In this document: positions 45,691 to 54,599 of the stretch, piece by piece
How positions within the stretch are numbered: the first letter of the stretch is position 1
How the letters are laid out: every line of letters starts with the position of its first letter
Source: a virus
Lineage: Duplodnaviria > Caudoviricetes
Length of the DNA: 59,865 nucleotides
Direction: 5' to 3' (one strand)
IMG/VR virus record: IMGVR_UViG_3300034196_000123
Coordinates: 1 to 59,865 of that record
Position numbers and translations under genes: made by a program
Notes under the pieces: generated by a model
Database searches by the model: none
The model's input: the letters and a program-made list of their open reading frames with translations, nothing else
Told to the model about the DNA's origin: nothing

Positions 45691-45698
45691 GGAGCCCC

Positions 45699-45962
45699 AT
45701 GTACCCCTCCCACCGCGCCCAGCACCGCGCCGCCGCCCTCGCCCTCCGCGAGCAGCTCGGCCGCCGCCCCACCGGCGACGAGTACCAGCAGACCCGCAAG
45801 ACCGTCGCCGCCGACCGCCGCCGCACCGAGCGGGACGACCCCTGGGCCCGCACCCGCACCCGCACCCAGCGGCGCGCCGCCGTCCTCGCCCGCCGGGCCC
45901 GCCGCGCCACCGTCAGCTCCTTCACCGGCCTCGTCCGCGCCGCCGTGCGCCCCACCCGCTGA
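45699..45962 (+). CDS. Arg-rich hypothetical protein
   Basis: GAGGAG RBS. Confidence 0.55.
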   Translation: MYPSHRAQHRAAALALREQLGRRPTGDEYQQTRKTVAADRRRTERDDPWARTRTRTQRRAAVLARRARRATVSSFTGLVRAAVRPTR

Positions 45963-45972
45963 TCGGACCCCC

Positions 45973-46125
45973 ATGACCCCCGAACTGCTCGCCGAGGCCA
46001 TCGCTCGCGTCCTCGACCGCTCCCCGGAGTTCCAGGACGCCAACCCCCTGCCCGACGACCCCCACGTCGTCGCCGTCACCGACCACCAGGGCGACGAGTA
46101 CTTCCTGACCGTGGAGCCCGCATGA
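45973..46125 (+). CDS. Small hypothetical protein (50 aa, not in ORF track)
   Basis: MTPELLAEAIARVL...YFLTVEPA; ATGA overlap. Confidence 0.55.
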   Translation: MTPELLAEAIARVLDRSPEFQDANPLPDDPHVVAVTDHQGDEYFLTVEPA

Positions 46126-46583
46126 GCCTGACCAACGGCCTGGCGTCCGCGGTGAACACCGTGATCGAGCGCCTCACCGGCCAGCCGTCCACCCCGTTCA
46201 CCGGCCACCAGGCGCCCACCGACCACCAGCTCGTCGAAGCCGTCCGCCTGCTCGCCAGCCGAGCCCACCGCACCCTCGGCGTCGGGTTCGACGCCGACCG
46301 CGCCGCCCTCGCCGTCGAGCGGTGGCTACAGAGCCCCGACCGCCCCACCGACCCCACCATCACCGAGCAGATCGCCGACTGGACCGACGCGATCCTCGAC
46401 GACATCCAGGCCGACCTCGACAGCTCCACCCTCAGCGCCGGCGGCCACTACTGGAGCGCCGACAGCTTCACCACCACCGGTGAGCGGCTCCCCAGGGGCG
46501 TCCTCACCTTCACCCGGTACCCCGACGGCCCCCAGGTCACGGTCCGCCTGTCCCTGGACATCACCGAGGGGCGTCCCGCGTGA
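46122..46583 (+). CDS. Hypothetical protein
   Basis: ATGA/GTGA overlaps. Confidence 0.65.
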   Translation: MSLTNGLASAVNTVIERLTGQPSTPFTGHQAPTDHQLVEAVRLLASRAHRTLGVGFDADRAALAVERWLQSPDRPTDPTITEQIADWTDAILDDIQADLDSSTLSAGGHYWSADSFTTTGERLPRGVLTFTRYPDGPQVTVRLSLDITEGRPA

Positions 46584-46945
46584 CCGCCCACCCCGAGGTC
46601 GTCCTCGACGTCCACGGCCCCGACCCCCGACAGCTCATCGTCCCCGGCACCCCACCCACCCCCGGCCCGTCGACTGACGACGGCCATGGAACCGACCCCG
46701 AGAGGACCCAGCCCATGGACACCACCGCGACCGAGTCGAGCGGGCCGCCGCGGCGGAAGCAGGTGCGCGGCGCCGAGCGACAGGAGCTGATGCAGCGGGC
46801 CGCGAAGCTCTACAAGGCGAAGGGCGGCACCGTGCGGTCCGTGGCTACCGAGATCGGCATGTCCTACGGCGGGGCGCACCGGCTCCTGAAGGACGCCGTG
46901 CGGGCCCGGCTGCTGGACGGCATGAAGTCGCGGGGCACCCGGTGA
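46580..46945 (+). CDS. Small HTH DNA-binding protein (alternative start 46715)
   Basis: KLY...GGTVRSVATEIGMSYGGAHRLL HTH. Confidence 0.7.
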   Translation: MTAHPEVVLDVHGPDPRQLIVPGTPPTPGPSTDDGHGTDPERTQPMDTTATESSGPPRRKQVRGAERQELMQRAAKLYKAKGGTVRSVATEIGMSYGGAHRLLKDAVRARLLDGMKSRGTR

Positions 46946-47274
46946 TCGGCGTGACGCGGGAGCCGTCCCGGATCGAGACCGCGGTGTCCCAGCTGATGCA
47001 GCGCGTCGGGATCATCGACGCCAGCGAGGCCCGCGCGGTCGCGGACGTCGTCGCGTCGCTGCCGGCGCTCCCGCCGGTGACGGCGACCAGTGACCGGGGG
47101 GCGCTCGTCGAACGGGCGTTGCGGACGGCGCGGGCCGGGTACACCGCGGCGGAGGAGGTCGGGGAGCTGCCGCCCGTGTTGCTGCGGCAGTTGGTCGTCG
47201 ACCTGGCCGCGCACGCCGTGTCGTGGGCCGCGGCCCTCGACCGGGAAACGCCCCGTCAGCAGGTCATCCGATGA
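46942..47274 (+). CDS. Hypothetical protein
   Basis: GTGA/ATGA overlaps. Confidence 0.6.
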   Translation: MIGVTREPSRIETAVSQLMQRVGIIDASEARAVADVVASLPALPPVTATSDRGALVERALRTARAGYTAAEEVGELPPVLLRQLVVDLAAHAVSWAAALDRETPRQQVIR

Positions 47275-47756
47275 CTGTCGAGACGATGCCCGCCGCCATC
47301 GTGGTCGACGAGGTGGCCGACCGCCGAGAGGCCGAGCAGCGGCGCCGCATCTACGCCGAGGCCCTCGCCCGCAGCTACACCGGGGACCTGCCGTGCCTGC
47401 TGTGCGGCCTCACCCTCGACCCCACCGCCGTCGAGGCCTGCGACTGCCCGGAGCCGGTCGTCCCCCAGGTCGACGACATCGTGGCCGGCCAGCAGGCCGT
47501 CATCGAGTCCCTGCGCGCCGAGCTGGGCATCGCCCGCGCGCAGATCGACCGCGACCACCTGACCATCCTGCGGCAGGCCGTCGGCCTGGCCGTCCTCGAG
47601 GCCGAGTTGACGGCCACCCTGGAGGGGCGACGGCATGACCGGGCAGCGTTCGACGAGTTCGTGGTGGCGGCCCGCCGGGCGCTCGCGGGCGAGGCTGGCC
47701 CGTCACGCCCGGGACCGGGCTCCGTGGTGGCGCCGCAGTCGCGTCGCGGTGGCTGA
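47271..47756 (+). CDS. Hypothetical coiled-coil protein
   Basis: ATGA overlap; CxxC..CxC then heptads. Confidence 0.6.
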   Translation: MTVETMPAAIVVDEVADRREAEQRRRIYAEALARSYTGDLPCLLCGLTLDPTAVEACDCPEPVVPQVDDIVAGQQAVIESLRAELGIARAQIDRDHLTILRQAVGLAVLEAELTATLEGRRHDRAAFDEFVVAARRALAGEAGPSRPGPGSVVAPQSRRGG

Positions 47757-47770
47757 GCGCGGCTGACGGG

Positions 47771-47820
47771 ACGGCGAAGGGCCCCACCTCCGATGGCCTG
47801 GAGGTGGGGCCCTTCGCCGT
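47771..47820 (+). terminator. Strong terminator hairpin
   Basis: 21-bp perfect inverted repeat ACGGCGAAGGGCCCCACCTCC. Confidence 0.8.
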
Positions 47821-48277
47821 GCCGGAGTGCATCAGGAGTTGACCGCAGCGGCTGCCTGGCGGTACATGTATGATCGCAAAAGAGGTGTAGCACTCGTCAC
47901 GGCTCCAACCGTGCGCGTGCCGGGACCGACCCGCTGGTATGGGCGAGGTCACCCGACTTCGACCCCGGAGACCAGCCGTCCCAGTACTGACCGGGCGGGC
48001 CCCCAGCGATCACACAACTTCATACCCACGAAGATCATGCCGTCTCCCCGTGGGGTCAGTGTCGTGCCTCGACAACGCTGAGCACCTCAGCGGTCGACGC
48101 CTGACGCCGGCTCCCGGAGACGGTCACCACCGAGCCCGGGACCCGACGTCCCGGGCTCGAGCGCTTTGCGGCGAGGCGTGTGCCACACGTAGGCCAGACC
48201 CAGCAACGACGAACGGCCTCCAGGTCCTGGCGAGGGAGGAGGCCGGTCGTCACCCTCGACCGGAAGGTGAAGGCACC

Positions 48278-48460
48278 ATGAAGGTACGCCGAGTCGATCC
48301 CCAACGCCCAGACCCCGACGGCCTGCCGACCCGCTGGGGCCTGATCATCGCGATCAGCGCCGGCATCGGCGTCCTGGTCGACCAGCCCCTCGGCCCGGGC
48401 CCCGGCCTCGCCGCCGCCATCGCCGCGGCGGCCGCGCTCCACAAGGTGCTCGCCGAGTAG
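48278..48460 (+). CDS. Small membrane protein (60 aa)
   Basis: GAAGG RBS; RWGLIIAISAGIGVLV and GLAAAIAAAAALH hydrophobic segments. Confidence 0.6.
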   Translation: MKVRRVDPQRPDPDGLPTRWGLIIAISAGIGVLVDQPLGPGPGLAAAIAAAAALHKVLAE

Positions 48461-48474
48461 CCGGCCAGGCAACG

Positions 48475-48512
48475 CGAAGGGCCCCACCCCCGGGTCGGGG
48501 TGGGGCCCTTCG
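48475..48512. terminator. Hairpin between convergent genes
   Basis: 16-bp perfect inverted repeat CGAAGGGCCCCACCCC. Confidence 0.8.
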
Positions 48513-48519
48513 TCGTCGC

Positions 48520-48996
48520 TCAGGCGTTGCCCGTGGCGATCGCCCGGGCCGTGGTGCCGGGCGTCAGGACGTCCCGGGCCAGGCGCAGCGCCTCGTCGTA
48601 CGTGAAGCGGGTGACCGCCAGGTGTTTGGGGGTCCGCTCGCTGGGTCGGGGGTCGAGCGTCCAGTACGCCATGGCCGTCAGGACCTGCTGCGGGTCCCGG
48701 GTCGGGCTGATCGTCCAGCCGCCGGCGCTCTGGCGCAGCCACAGCTGCCGCACCGGGGCGGTGTCGGCGAGACTGGGGTTGGTGAGCTGGACCTCGGTCG
48801 TGACCGGCTCGATGGCCGGCGCCGCGGTGTCCTCGTCCGGGCCTGTCCGCGGTGCGCCGGACAGGGTCTGGTCGGCGTAGTGCGGCACGCCGGGGATGAG
48901 GGTGCCGGTGGAGTCGCAGTGCAGGCAGCCGATGCCGGTTGGGGTGCCCTGGCACTGGGGGCAGGTGACGGCGGTGGGGTCGGAGATGAGGTTCAT
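48520..48996 (-). CDS. Hypothetical protein with DnaJ-like CxxCxG zinc motif
   Basis: GGAGG RBS; CPQCQG..GCLHCDSTG. Confidence 0.65.
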   Translation of the reverse strand: MNLISDPTAVTCPQCQGTPTGIGCLHCDSTGTLIPGVPHYADQTLSGAPRTGPDEDTAAPAIEPVTTEVQLTNPSLADTAPVRQLWLRQSAGGWTISPTRDPQQVLTAMAYWTLDPRPSERTPKHLAVTRFTYDEALRLARDVLTPGTTARAIATGNA

Positions 48997-49055
48997 GGTC
49001 GTGTCCCTCCGGGTGGTGTTCGGGGTGCGGGGCGGGGTGGTCACGCCCTCCGCAT

Positions 49056-49105
49056 GTGGAACACATTACGCGCCATGATGAGTGTGCGCAATACGGGTGG
49101 AACAC
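49056..49105 (-). promoter_or_regulatory. Leftward promoter flanked by GTGGAACAC direct repeats
   Basis: Minus strand TTGCGC-N17-TAATGT (49091-49063); repeats at 49056 and 49097. Confidence 0.65.
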
Positions 49106-49106
49106 T

Positions 49107-49316
49107 TTACTCGGGCTGTGCGTCGATCTCCGGGCTGTGCGCGTCCAGCGCAGCCTCCACCTCGCGCAGCCGCCAGATCCGACCTGCGCGCAGCTCAGCC
49201 ACCGGCGCCGGCCACCACGCTGTGCGGGTGAGCGCGTCGACCCGCTGACGGGACACCGTGCGGCCGCGCGCAGCCAGCAGCTCGCGCACCTCCGCTACCC
49301 CGACCAGCGCCTCCAC
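49107..49316 (-). CDS. AlpA-like small DNA-binding protein
   Basis: LVGVAEV..LL....VSRQRV..L....WPAPVAELRAGRIW. Confidence 0.75.
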   Translation of the reverse strand: MEALVGVAEVRELLAARGRTVSRQRVDALTRTAWWPAPVAELRAGRIWRLREVEAALDAHSPEIDAQPE

Positions 49317-49679
49317 GTCGCGCAGCGTACCTGCGCGACCCACCTGCGCGGGCCCCTGTGCGGCCACCTGTGCGCCGCACAGCCCTGCGCGGGCCTCCCG
49401 ACTGTGCGCCGCACAGCCCTACCCTGTGCGGCGCACAGCCGGGCGCACAGGGGTTGCGGGTTGACAACCCCCCGACTGTGCGCGCACAGTGGATCCGCTA
49501 GCCCAGCTAGCGACCACGTGTAGCACGACGAGCGACGCGCAGCGTCCGCTCAGCCCCGGCGCACAGCCCGCCGCACATCCACCCCCGCGCACAGCCCGCA
49601 CACCTGGAGCCCCCGTGCCCAACCCCGCACACCCGGGCGCACAGCCGCCCGCACAGCCCGACGCGCAGCCCGCGCAGCC
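49114..49679. repeat. GCACAGCC 8-mer array 1 (clt/TRS-like)
   Basis: Exact copies at 49377, 49411, 49433, 49561, 49589, 49639, 49651 (+) and 49114, 49133 (-), plus many CTGTGCG/GCGCAGCC variants. Confidence 0.8.
49461..49512 (+). promoter_or_regulatory. Transfer-module promoter with 17-bp operator
   Basis: TTGACA-N18-CACAGT then CGCTAG-CCCAG-CTAGCG (49496-49512). Confidence 0.65.
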
Positions 49680-49998
49680 CGTGAACGGCGCCGCGCAGGC
49701 CGCCCGCCACGCCGCCGTCGCCCACGCGCACGCCGCGACCCCCGCCCGGCTGCCCTGGTACGCCGGACCCCGCGTCCGCGCCATCACCGCCGCGGCCGCC
49801 GCGTTCCTGGCCCTCGACCTAGGCGTCATGGGCTCGACCCTGACGTCCACCGGCCTGCTCCGCCTGGTCCTGCTCACCGCGATCGCGTTCGTCGTCGTCC
49901 GCGTCACCTGGCGCCCGTACCTCGCCGCCCTCCGCTCGTCCCTGCACGTCACCCGCCCCACCGCCACCTCGAGCTCCACCGGCGACCGGGACGCCTGA
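49615..49998 (+). CDS. 2-TM membrane protein (Spd-like)
   Basis: TGGAG RBS; two hydrophobic helices; first gene after promoter. Confidence 0.65.
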   Translation: MPNPAHPGAQPPAQPDAQPAQPVNGAAQAARHAAVAHAHAATPARLPWYAGPRVRAITAAAAAFLALDLGVMGSTLTSTGLLRLVLLTAIAFVVVRVTWRPYLAALRSSLHVTRPTATSSSTGDRDA

Positions 49999-50216
49999 TG
50001 GCCGGCCACCCGGACACCGACGTCGAGGTCTGGCGGCGTCAGGGCAAGCGTCGCCGCCTGCTCACGACCCGCCGGCCCGTCGAGGCGAAGGACACCCCGC
50101 AGACCCGCGTGGTGATCCAGGAGGCGTGCCGGGTGGCCCGCGTCCCGTGGTCCGACCTGGAGGTCCGCGTCCGGATCCCCAGGTCGGCCCGCTGGGAGAC
50201 CTTCTACGTCGACTAG
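49998..50216 (+). CDS. Small basic hypothetical protein
   Basis: TGATG overlap; 72 aa. Confidence 0.6.
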   Translation: MAGHPDTDVEVWRRQGKRRRLLTTRRPVEAKDTPQTRVVIQEACRVARVPWSDLEVRVRIPRSARWETFYVD

Positions 50217-50372
50217 TGCCCTGACCTGCCCGGATGCCCTGTTGTCGGGTTGTTGGTGTCCGGGCCCTCCCTTACGCGCAGGCGCGCGCCCGACAAACAT
50301 CCCGCCCCGATCGGGGCTGGGACCGACAGGCGGACCCGCCGGCCTCCGACAGGCGGGAGAGGGGAGAACCCC

Positions 50373-50822
50373 GTGTCGTCCTGGGCCGTGTTCGCCATCT
50401 CGGTGGTCGCAGCGTTCGCCCTGCACTGGCTCTCCGGGGAGTTCCACCCGCCACGGATCGGGACGTGGGTCGAGCTGACCCTGTCCGTCCTCGCTGGCAT
50501 CTGCGCGGTGTCCGCGTCGGTGCTGGCCGTCGACCAGGGCTGGCTCATGGGGACTCTGTCGACGCTGGCCCGGGCCGAACCGGTCCGGATCTTCTTCGGC
50601 CTGGTCGCCTGCGCCGTCCCGCTGTGGTTCCTGCTGGCGATGCTCCCGGCGTCGTGGTCCCGGTTCGGGATCTCCTACCTCGCGCTCGCCGTGTTCATCA
50701 TCTCGGTCCCCCTGCAGGCGTACGCCTTCTCGGGGAAGGTCCCGCACGGCATCAGCGTCGGGACCGTCGAGACGGCGCAGCAGTTCAGGGCGATCACCCG
50801 TGACTGGTGGGTGCGTGCCTGA
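50373..50822 (+). CDS. 4-TM membrane protein (Spd-like)
   Basis: GGGGAG RBS; four hydrophobic segments. Confidence 0.7.
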   Translation: MSSWAVFAISVVAAFALHWLSGEFHPPRIGTWVELTLSVLAGICAVSASVLAVDQGWLMGTLSTLARAEPVRIFFGLVACAVPLWFLLAMLPASWSRFGISYLALAVFIISVPLQAYAFSGKVPHGISVGTVETAQQFRAITRDWWVRA

Positions 50823-51793
50823 TGGACCCCATCTCGATCACGATGATCCTGCTGCTCGCCGGGTGCGGGGCCACGTGGCTCGACAACCGGTGGGACGCCG
50901 CGATGGAACGTGTGCGCGGCGGCCAGCCCACGAACCCGTGGGCCCGCCCGATCCCGACGCCGGTGCGCGCAGCCGCACAGCACGCTGTGCGCGCTGGCCG
51001 CGCAGCCGCCGTCGAGCACCGCGGCAGCGGCAACGGGACCTGGCGGCCGGCGCCCGAGGCGGCGCACAGCTCGGTCCCGCACAGCACCGACGACCCGGCA
51101 CCCGTCCCCGTCGCGAAGCCGCACAGCGGCCCGGTCGCACAGCCCGGTCCGCGCGCAGCCCGCGCAGGTGTGCGCGTGTGGTTCGGCGCAGGTGTCGAGG
51201 CTGTGCGCGAGGGGACGCGCGCAGCGCCCGAGGGGTGGCGGGCCGGTGCACAGCCGGTCCCGTCGCCACGGACCCCGGACCCTGCGCCCGACCCCGCGCC
51301 CGCGCAGCCACCCGCACAGCCCGTCCCCGTGCAGCCCGCTGCGCCCGCACAGCCCGACGCACAGCCGCCCGCACAGCCCACCGGCGACCAACCGGCCGCC
51401 ACCGCACCGACCGCAGGAGACCCCATGGGAGAGCTCGGACCCATCCCCACCGAGATCGCCGACCACGCCACCCTCATCCAGGTGTTGCGCCGCGTCGGTG
51501 CCGCGATCGAGGACGACATGGGCGCCGCCGGCGGCGGCATCCGCTCCCTGATCGCCAAGCTCGCCGAGCTGGCCACCAAGGCGCAGGCGGTCCGGACGCT
51601 GCCCGAGCGGTGCACCCCGGACATCGGGGGCCCCACCCAGGGCCGCCTCGACGAGCAGGCCGCCCAGGCCGCGCTCCTGCACCGCCGTGTCACCGAGGCG
51701 ATGGACCAGCTCGGTGCGCTGCAGGCCGACCTGCAGCACCTCGCCGAGGCCACGACCGGCGCCCAGCAGACCGCGACCGCCGCACGCGGCTGA
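50822..51793 (+). CDS. Membrane-anchored Pro/Ala/Gln-rich protein with helical C-domain (TraA-like position)
   Basis: MDPISITMILLLAG N-terminus; directly upstream of TraB-like gene. Confidence 0.7.
   Translation: MDPISITMILLLAGCGATWLDNRWDAAMERVRGGQPTNPWARPIPTPVRAAAQHAVRAGRAAAVEHRGSGNGTWRPAPEAAHSSVPHSTDDPAPVPVAKPHSGPVAQPGPRAARAGVRVWFGAGVEAVREGTRAAPEGWRAGAQPVPSPRTPDPAPDPAPAQPPAQPVPVQPAAPAQPDAQPPAQPTGDQPAATAPTAGDPMGELGPIPTEIADHATLIQVLRRVGAAIEDDMGAAGGGIRSLIAKLAELATKAQAVRTLPERCTPDIGGPTQGRLDEQAAQAALLHRRVTEAMDQLGALQADLQHLAEATTGAQQTATAARG
50967..51378. repeat. GCACAGCC 8-mer array 2
   Basis: Exact copies at 51137, 51248, 51314, 51347, 51359, 51371 (+) and 51199 (-), plus GCACAGC variants in other reading frames. 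Confidence 0.75.
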
Positions 51794-51831
51794 CCCGTCA
51801 CCCCGTCCGACACCCTGGAGAGGAGGTCACG

Positions 51832-53769
51832 ATGACCCGGACCCACGACCGGCACGCCGACGTCGAGTCGCGCCGTCAGGCCCGCCGGTGGCGGCGCCTG
51901 GAGCGTCGCCTCGACGGCCGGCCCTGGCACCAGCGTCTGTGGTGGGTCCGGGGCCCCGTCCTGCTGGCCCGCGCCGTCCGGCGGATCGTCGCCCTGGTCG
52001 TGTCCCTGCCGGGTCGGCGCCGGCGGTTCGGCTGGCCCCTGCTGGCCGCTGTCGCGGCCGCGGTGCTCGTCGCGCCGCTGCCGTGGGCGCTCGCCGCCGT
52101 CCTCGCGGTGGCCGCGGCGTGGCTGCGGGAACGCCGCGGCGGACCTCGCCGGGTCGTGTCCGACCGGGAGGCGTGGCTGTGGGCCGGCGCGCTCGCCGTC
52201 GTGGCCGTCGCGCAGCAGCTGCTCGACGGCCGCCCCTGGTGGGCCGCCCCGGCCGCGACCATCCCGACGTCCGTCGCGTGGATCTGGGGGAGGCGTACCC
52301 GCCGCCCGGGCCGCTTCGAGCAGGCGTGGGCGGAGCACGTCGCCGGCGAGCAGGATTGGGCCCGGTCGACGGTGCGGGACGTCCGGGTGAAAGTCGACCG
52401 GAAGGGATACCCCGACGGCACGTTCACCCTGGTCGTCGCGAAGGGGCAGACCGCGAAGGACGTTGCCACGAAGGGCGACGAGCTGGCCTCCCACCTGGCC
52501 GACGCCTTCCCGGTGCTCACCGCTGGGTCACTGATGGTGTCCCACGGGCACGGCGACCCGATCCGGCAGGCCCGCGTCGCGATCGCGAACCCGCGCCGTC
52601 AGGCGGAGCCCCGGTACTGGCGGGAGCCGTCCCTCGACGAGCGGACCGGGCTCTACCAGATCGGCGACACGATGCACGACGGGTCCCGGGCCCAGATGTG
52701 GCAGCACGCCGGCGGCGTCAACACCGTCGCCGTCGGCGGCCCAGGGAAGGGCAAGGGCGGCTTCACCGTCGTCACGGACGTCGAGGCTGCGATCAGCCGC
52801 CACGTGGTCCTGATCGTGCTGGACGGGAAGCGGGGCGCCGGTGTGCCCGCGCTGCGCTACGGAGCGTCCCTGTACGCCCGGACCCCCGGGCAGTGGATCG
52901 TCGCGTGGGACGCCGCCATGACGATCATGCGGATGCGCGCCGACGAGTACGGCGAGGCAGGCAAGTCGCTGTGGTCCCCGCAGTCCGACCCGCTCATCAA
53001 GGTCACGTGCGACGAGTGGCGGTACATCCACCGTGCCTGGCCGCAGATGCGCGAGGACGCCGTCTGGTGGACCGGGCAGACCAGAAGCTACGGCGGGCAC
53101 CTGCACCTCAACCTGCACCGCGGCGACGGCGACGGCTACGGCGACACCGAGATCAGAAGCAACATGTACGCGAACGGTCAGGCGTGGATCGGTCCGCAGG
53201 GCGACCTGTCCGCGGAGAACTGCGCCGTCCAGTCCTGGGGCGTCAAGCCCGCGACCCTGCCCCCGTACCCCGGGTGGGGCGACCTCTGCCAGACGATCAA
53301 CGGGGACGTCGGCTCCGCGGTCCGCGCGAAGAACCTGTGGCTCCCCACGAACGCCGAGGTCGCCGAGTTCGGTGTCCCCGCCCCCCACGGCACCGCCGAC
53401 GACATCATCCGGGAGCACGCCGTGTTCCCGTCCCTGCCGCCGGCGATGCAGGCCGTCCTCGACACCGCCCGGGAGGCGATCGAGTCCGGCCGCGCCGACC
53501 AGCCCGAAGCGGTCGAGGAAGCCCGGGAGCGGGCCGCCGCGACCCAGGGCCGCCCCGAGACCGTGGACGCCCTGATCCTCGCCGCGCTCGCCAACGCCCC
53601 CGACCAGGCCGCCGGCGCCACCGACCTGGCGAAGGCCATCGGCCGTGACCGCGCCTACGTGCAGGAGCGCCTCACCGTGCTCCGCGACACCGGGCGCGTC
53701 CTGCAGGAGGGCCCCCGCCGCCCGTACCGCCTACCCGCCCCCGCCCAGGAACTGGAGCCCGCCTCGTGA
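51832..53769 (+). CDS. traB: TraB/FtsK-SpoIIIE-like membrane DNA translocase
   Basis: GAGGAGG RBS; N-terminal TM helices; Walker A VGGPGKGKG, LDGKRG, Walker B IKVTCDE, Arg-finger region TRSYG, IRSN; C-terminal winged HTH (ATDLAKAIG..RAYV..RL..L..TGRV...YRL). Confidence 0.75.
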   Translation: MTRTHDRHADVESRRQARRWRRLERRLDGRPWHQRLWWVRGPVLLARAVRRIVALVVSLPGRRRRFGWPLLAAVAAAVLVAPLPWALAAVLAVAAAWLRERRGGPRRVVSDREAWLWAGALAVVAVAQQLLDGRPWWAAPAATIPTSVAWIWGRRTRRPGRFEQAWAEHVAGEQDWARSTVRDVRVKVDRKGYPDGTFTLVVAKGQTAKDVATKGDELASHLADAFPVLTAGSLMVSHGHGDPIRQARVAIANPRRQAEPRYWREPSLDERTGLYQIGDTMHDGSRAQMWQHAGGVNTVAVGGPGKGKGGFTVVTDVEAAISRHVVLIVLDGKRGAGVPALRYGASLYARTPGQWIVAWDAAMTIMRMRADEYGEAGKSLWSPQSDPLIKVTCDEWRYIHRAWPQMREDAVWWTGQTRSYGGHLHLNLHRGDGDGYGDTEIRSNMYANGQAWIGPQGDLSAENCAVQSWGVKPATLPPYPGWGDLCQTINGDVGSAVRAKNLWLPTNAEVAEFGVPAPHGTADDIIREHAVFPSLPPAMQAVLDTAREAIESGRADQPEAVEEARERAAATQGRPETVDALILAALANAPDQAAGATDLAKAIGRDRAYVQERLTVLRDTGRVLQEGPRRPYRLPAPAQELEPAS

Positions 53770-54599
53770 CCCGCCTCCGTGCCCACCTCGACCGGGGCCG
53801 CGGCATCTGCTACCTCGTCATGCTCATCGCAGGCGGGATCTCGATCTACGCGAACGTCGCGTTCCAGCTGATCGAGCGCGCCGAAGATGGGACGTGGATG
53901 CCCCGCCGCGACCCGCACCTCGACGCGATGGCGCTCGCCGCGGCCGCGCCGATCCTGCTGTGGGCGACCCTGGAGGTCCTGATCCGGGTGGAGGGCCGCG
54001 GCCTGGCCGCGTGGACGGTCCGGGTCGGCACCACCCTGGTCGCGGCCGCGTCGTTCATCGCGTCGTTCCAGAACATCCGGAACCTGCTGCTGTCGTTCGG
54101 GGACTCCCAGCTGACCGGCTGGACGTACCCGCTCGGCATCGACGGTGCACTCGTCGCGGCCGCCGCGGCGCTGTGGCAGATCCGCGTCACCGCCACCGCC
54201 GCGCCGGCCGCCGCGGTGGGGGAGGCCCCGGCCGTGGAGGCGCCGCGCTCGCCCGCTGAGCCGCGCCGCCGCAAGGCCGCCGAGCCGCTGCCCGCCGCGG
54301 CGCCCACCGAGGCGCCGACCACACCAGCGGTGGACCCGGCCCCGGTCCCCGCCGCGGCACCCACCCCGCCGCCGGCGCCCCGCCCCCGCGCAGTCACCGC
54401 CCGCCCGGCCGCCGCCGTCCAGCCCGACACCAACGCGCGGGACGCCCGGATCCGGGCCCTCGCCGCCGAAGGCAACGGCCGACCCACCGTCGCCCGGACC
54501 CTCCGCGACGAGGGCTACTCGATCTCCGACACCGACCTCGCGACGATGCTCCGCCAGTTGCGCGCCGAGACCGAGGGGAGGGCCGAGCAGCATGCCTGA
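53766..54599 (+). CDS. DUF2637 / SpdA-like membrane protein with C-terminal HTH
   Basis: ISIYANV, AAAPILL, ASFIASF.NI..L...GD......YPLGIDG.LV signature. Confidence 0.8.
   Translation: MTRLRAHLDRGRGICYLVMLIAGGISIYANVAFQLIERAEDGTWMPRRDPHLDAMALAAAAPILLWATLEVLIRVEGRGLAAWTVRVGTTLVAAASFIASFQNIRNLLLSFGDSQLTGWTYPLGIDGALVAAAAALWQIRVTATAAPAAAVGEAPAVEAPRSPAEPRRRKAAEPLPAAAPTEAPTTPAVDPAPVPAAAPTPPPAPRPRAVTARPAAAVQPDTNARDARIRALAAEGNGRPTVARTLRDEGYSISDTDLATMLRQLRAETEGRAEQHA

Noticed and set aside
49114-51378. CRISPR array or DGR repeats
   Set aside because: Repeats are 8 bp with irregular spacing; no cas operon or reverse transcriptase recognised in the window
41069-53769. Phage-encoded type VII secretion system (EccA-like ATPase, FtsK ATPase, helical hairpin)
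   Set aside because: FtsK protein has one ATPase domain plus wHTH like TraB, not EccC; no WXG motif, EccB/D or mycosin; genes are about 10 kb apart
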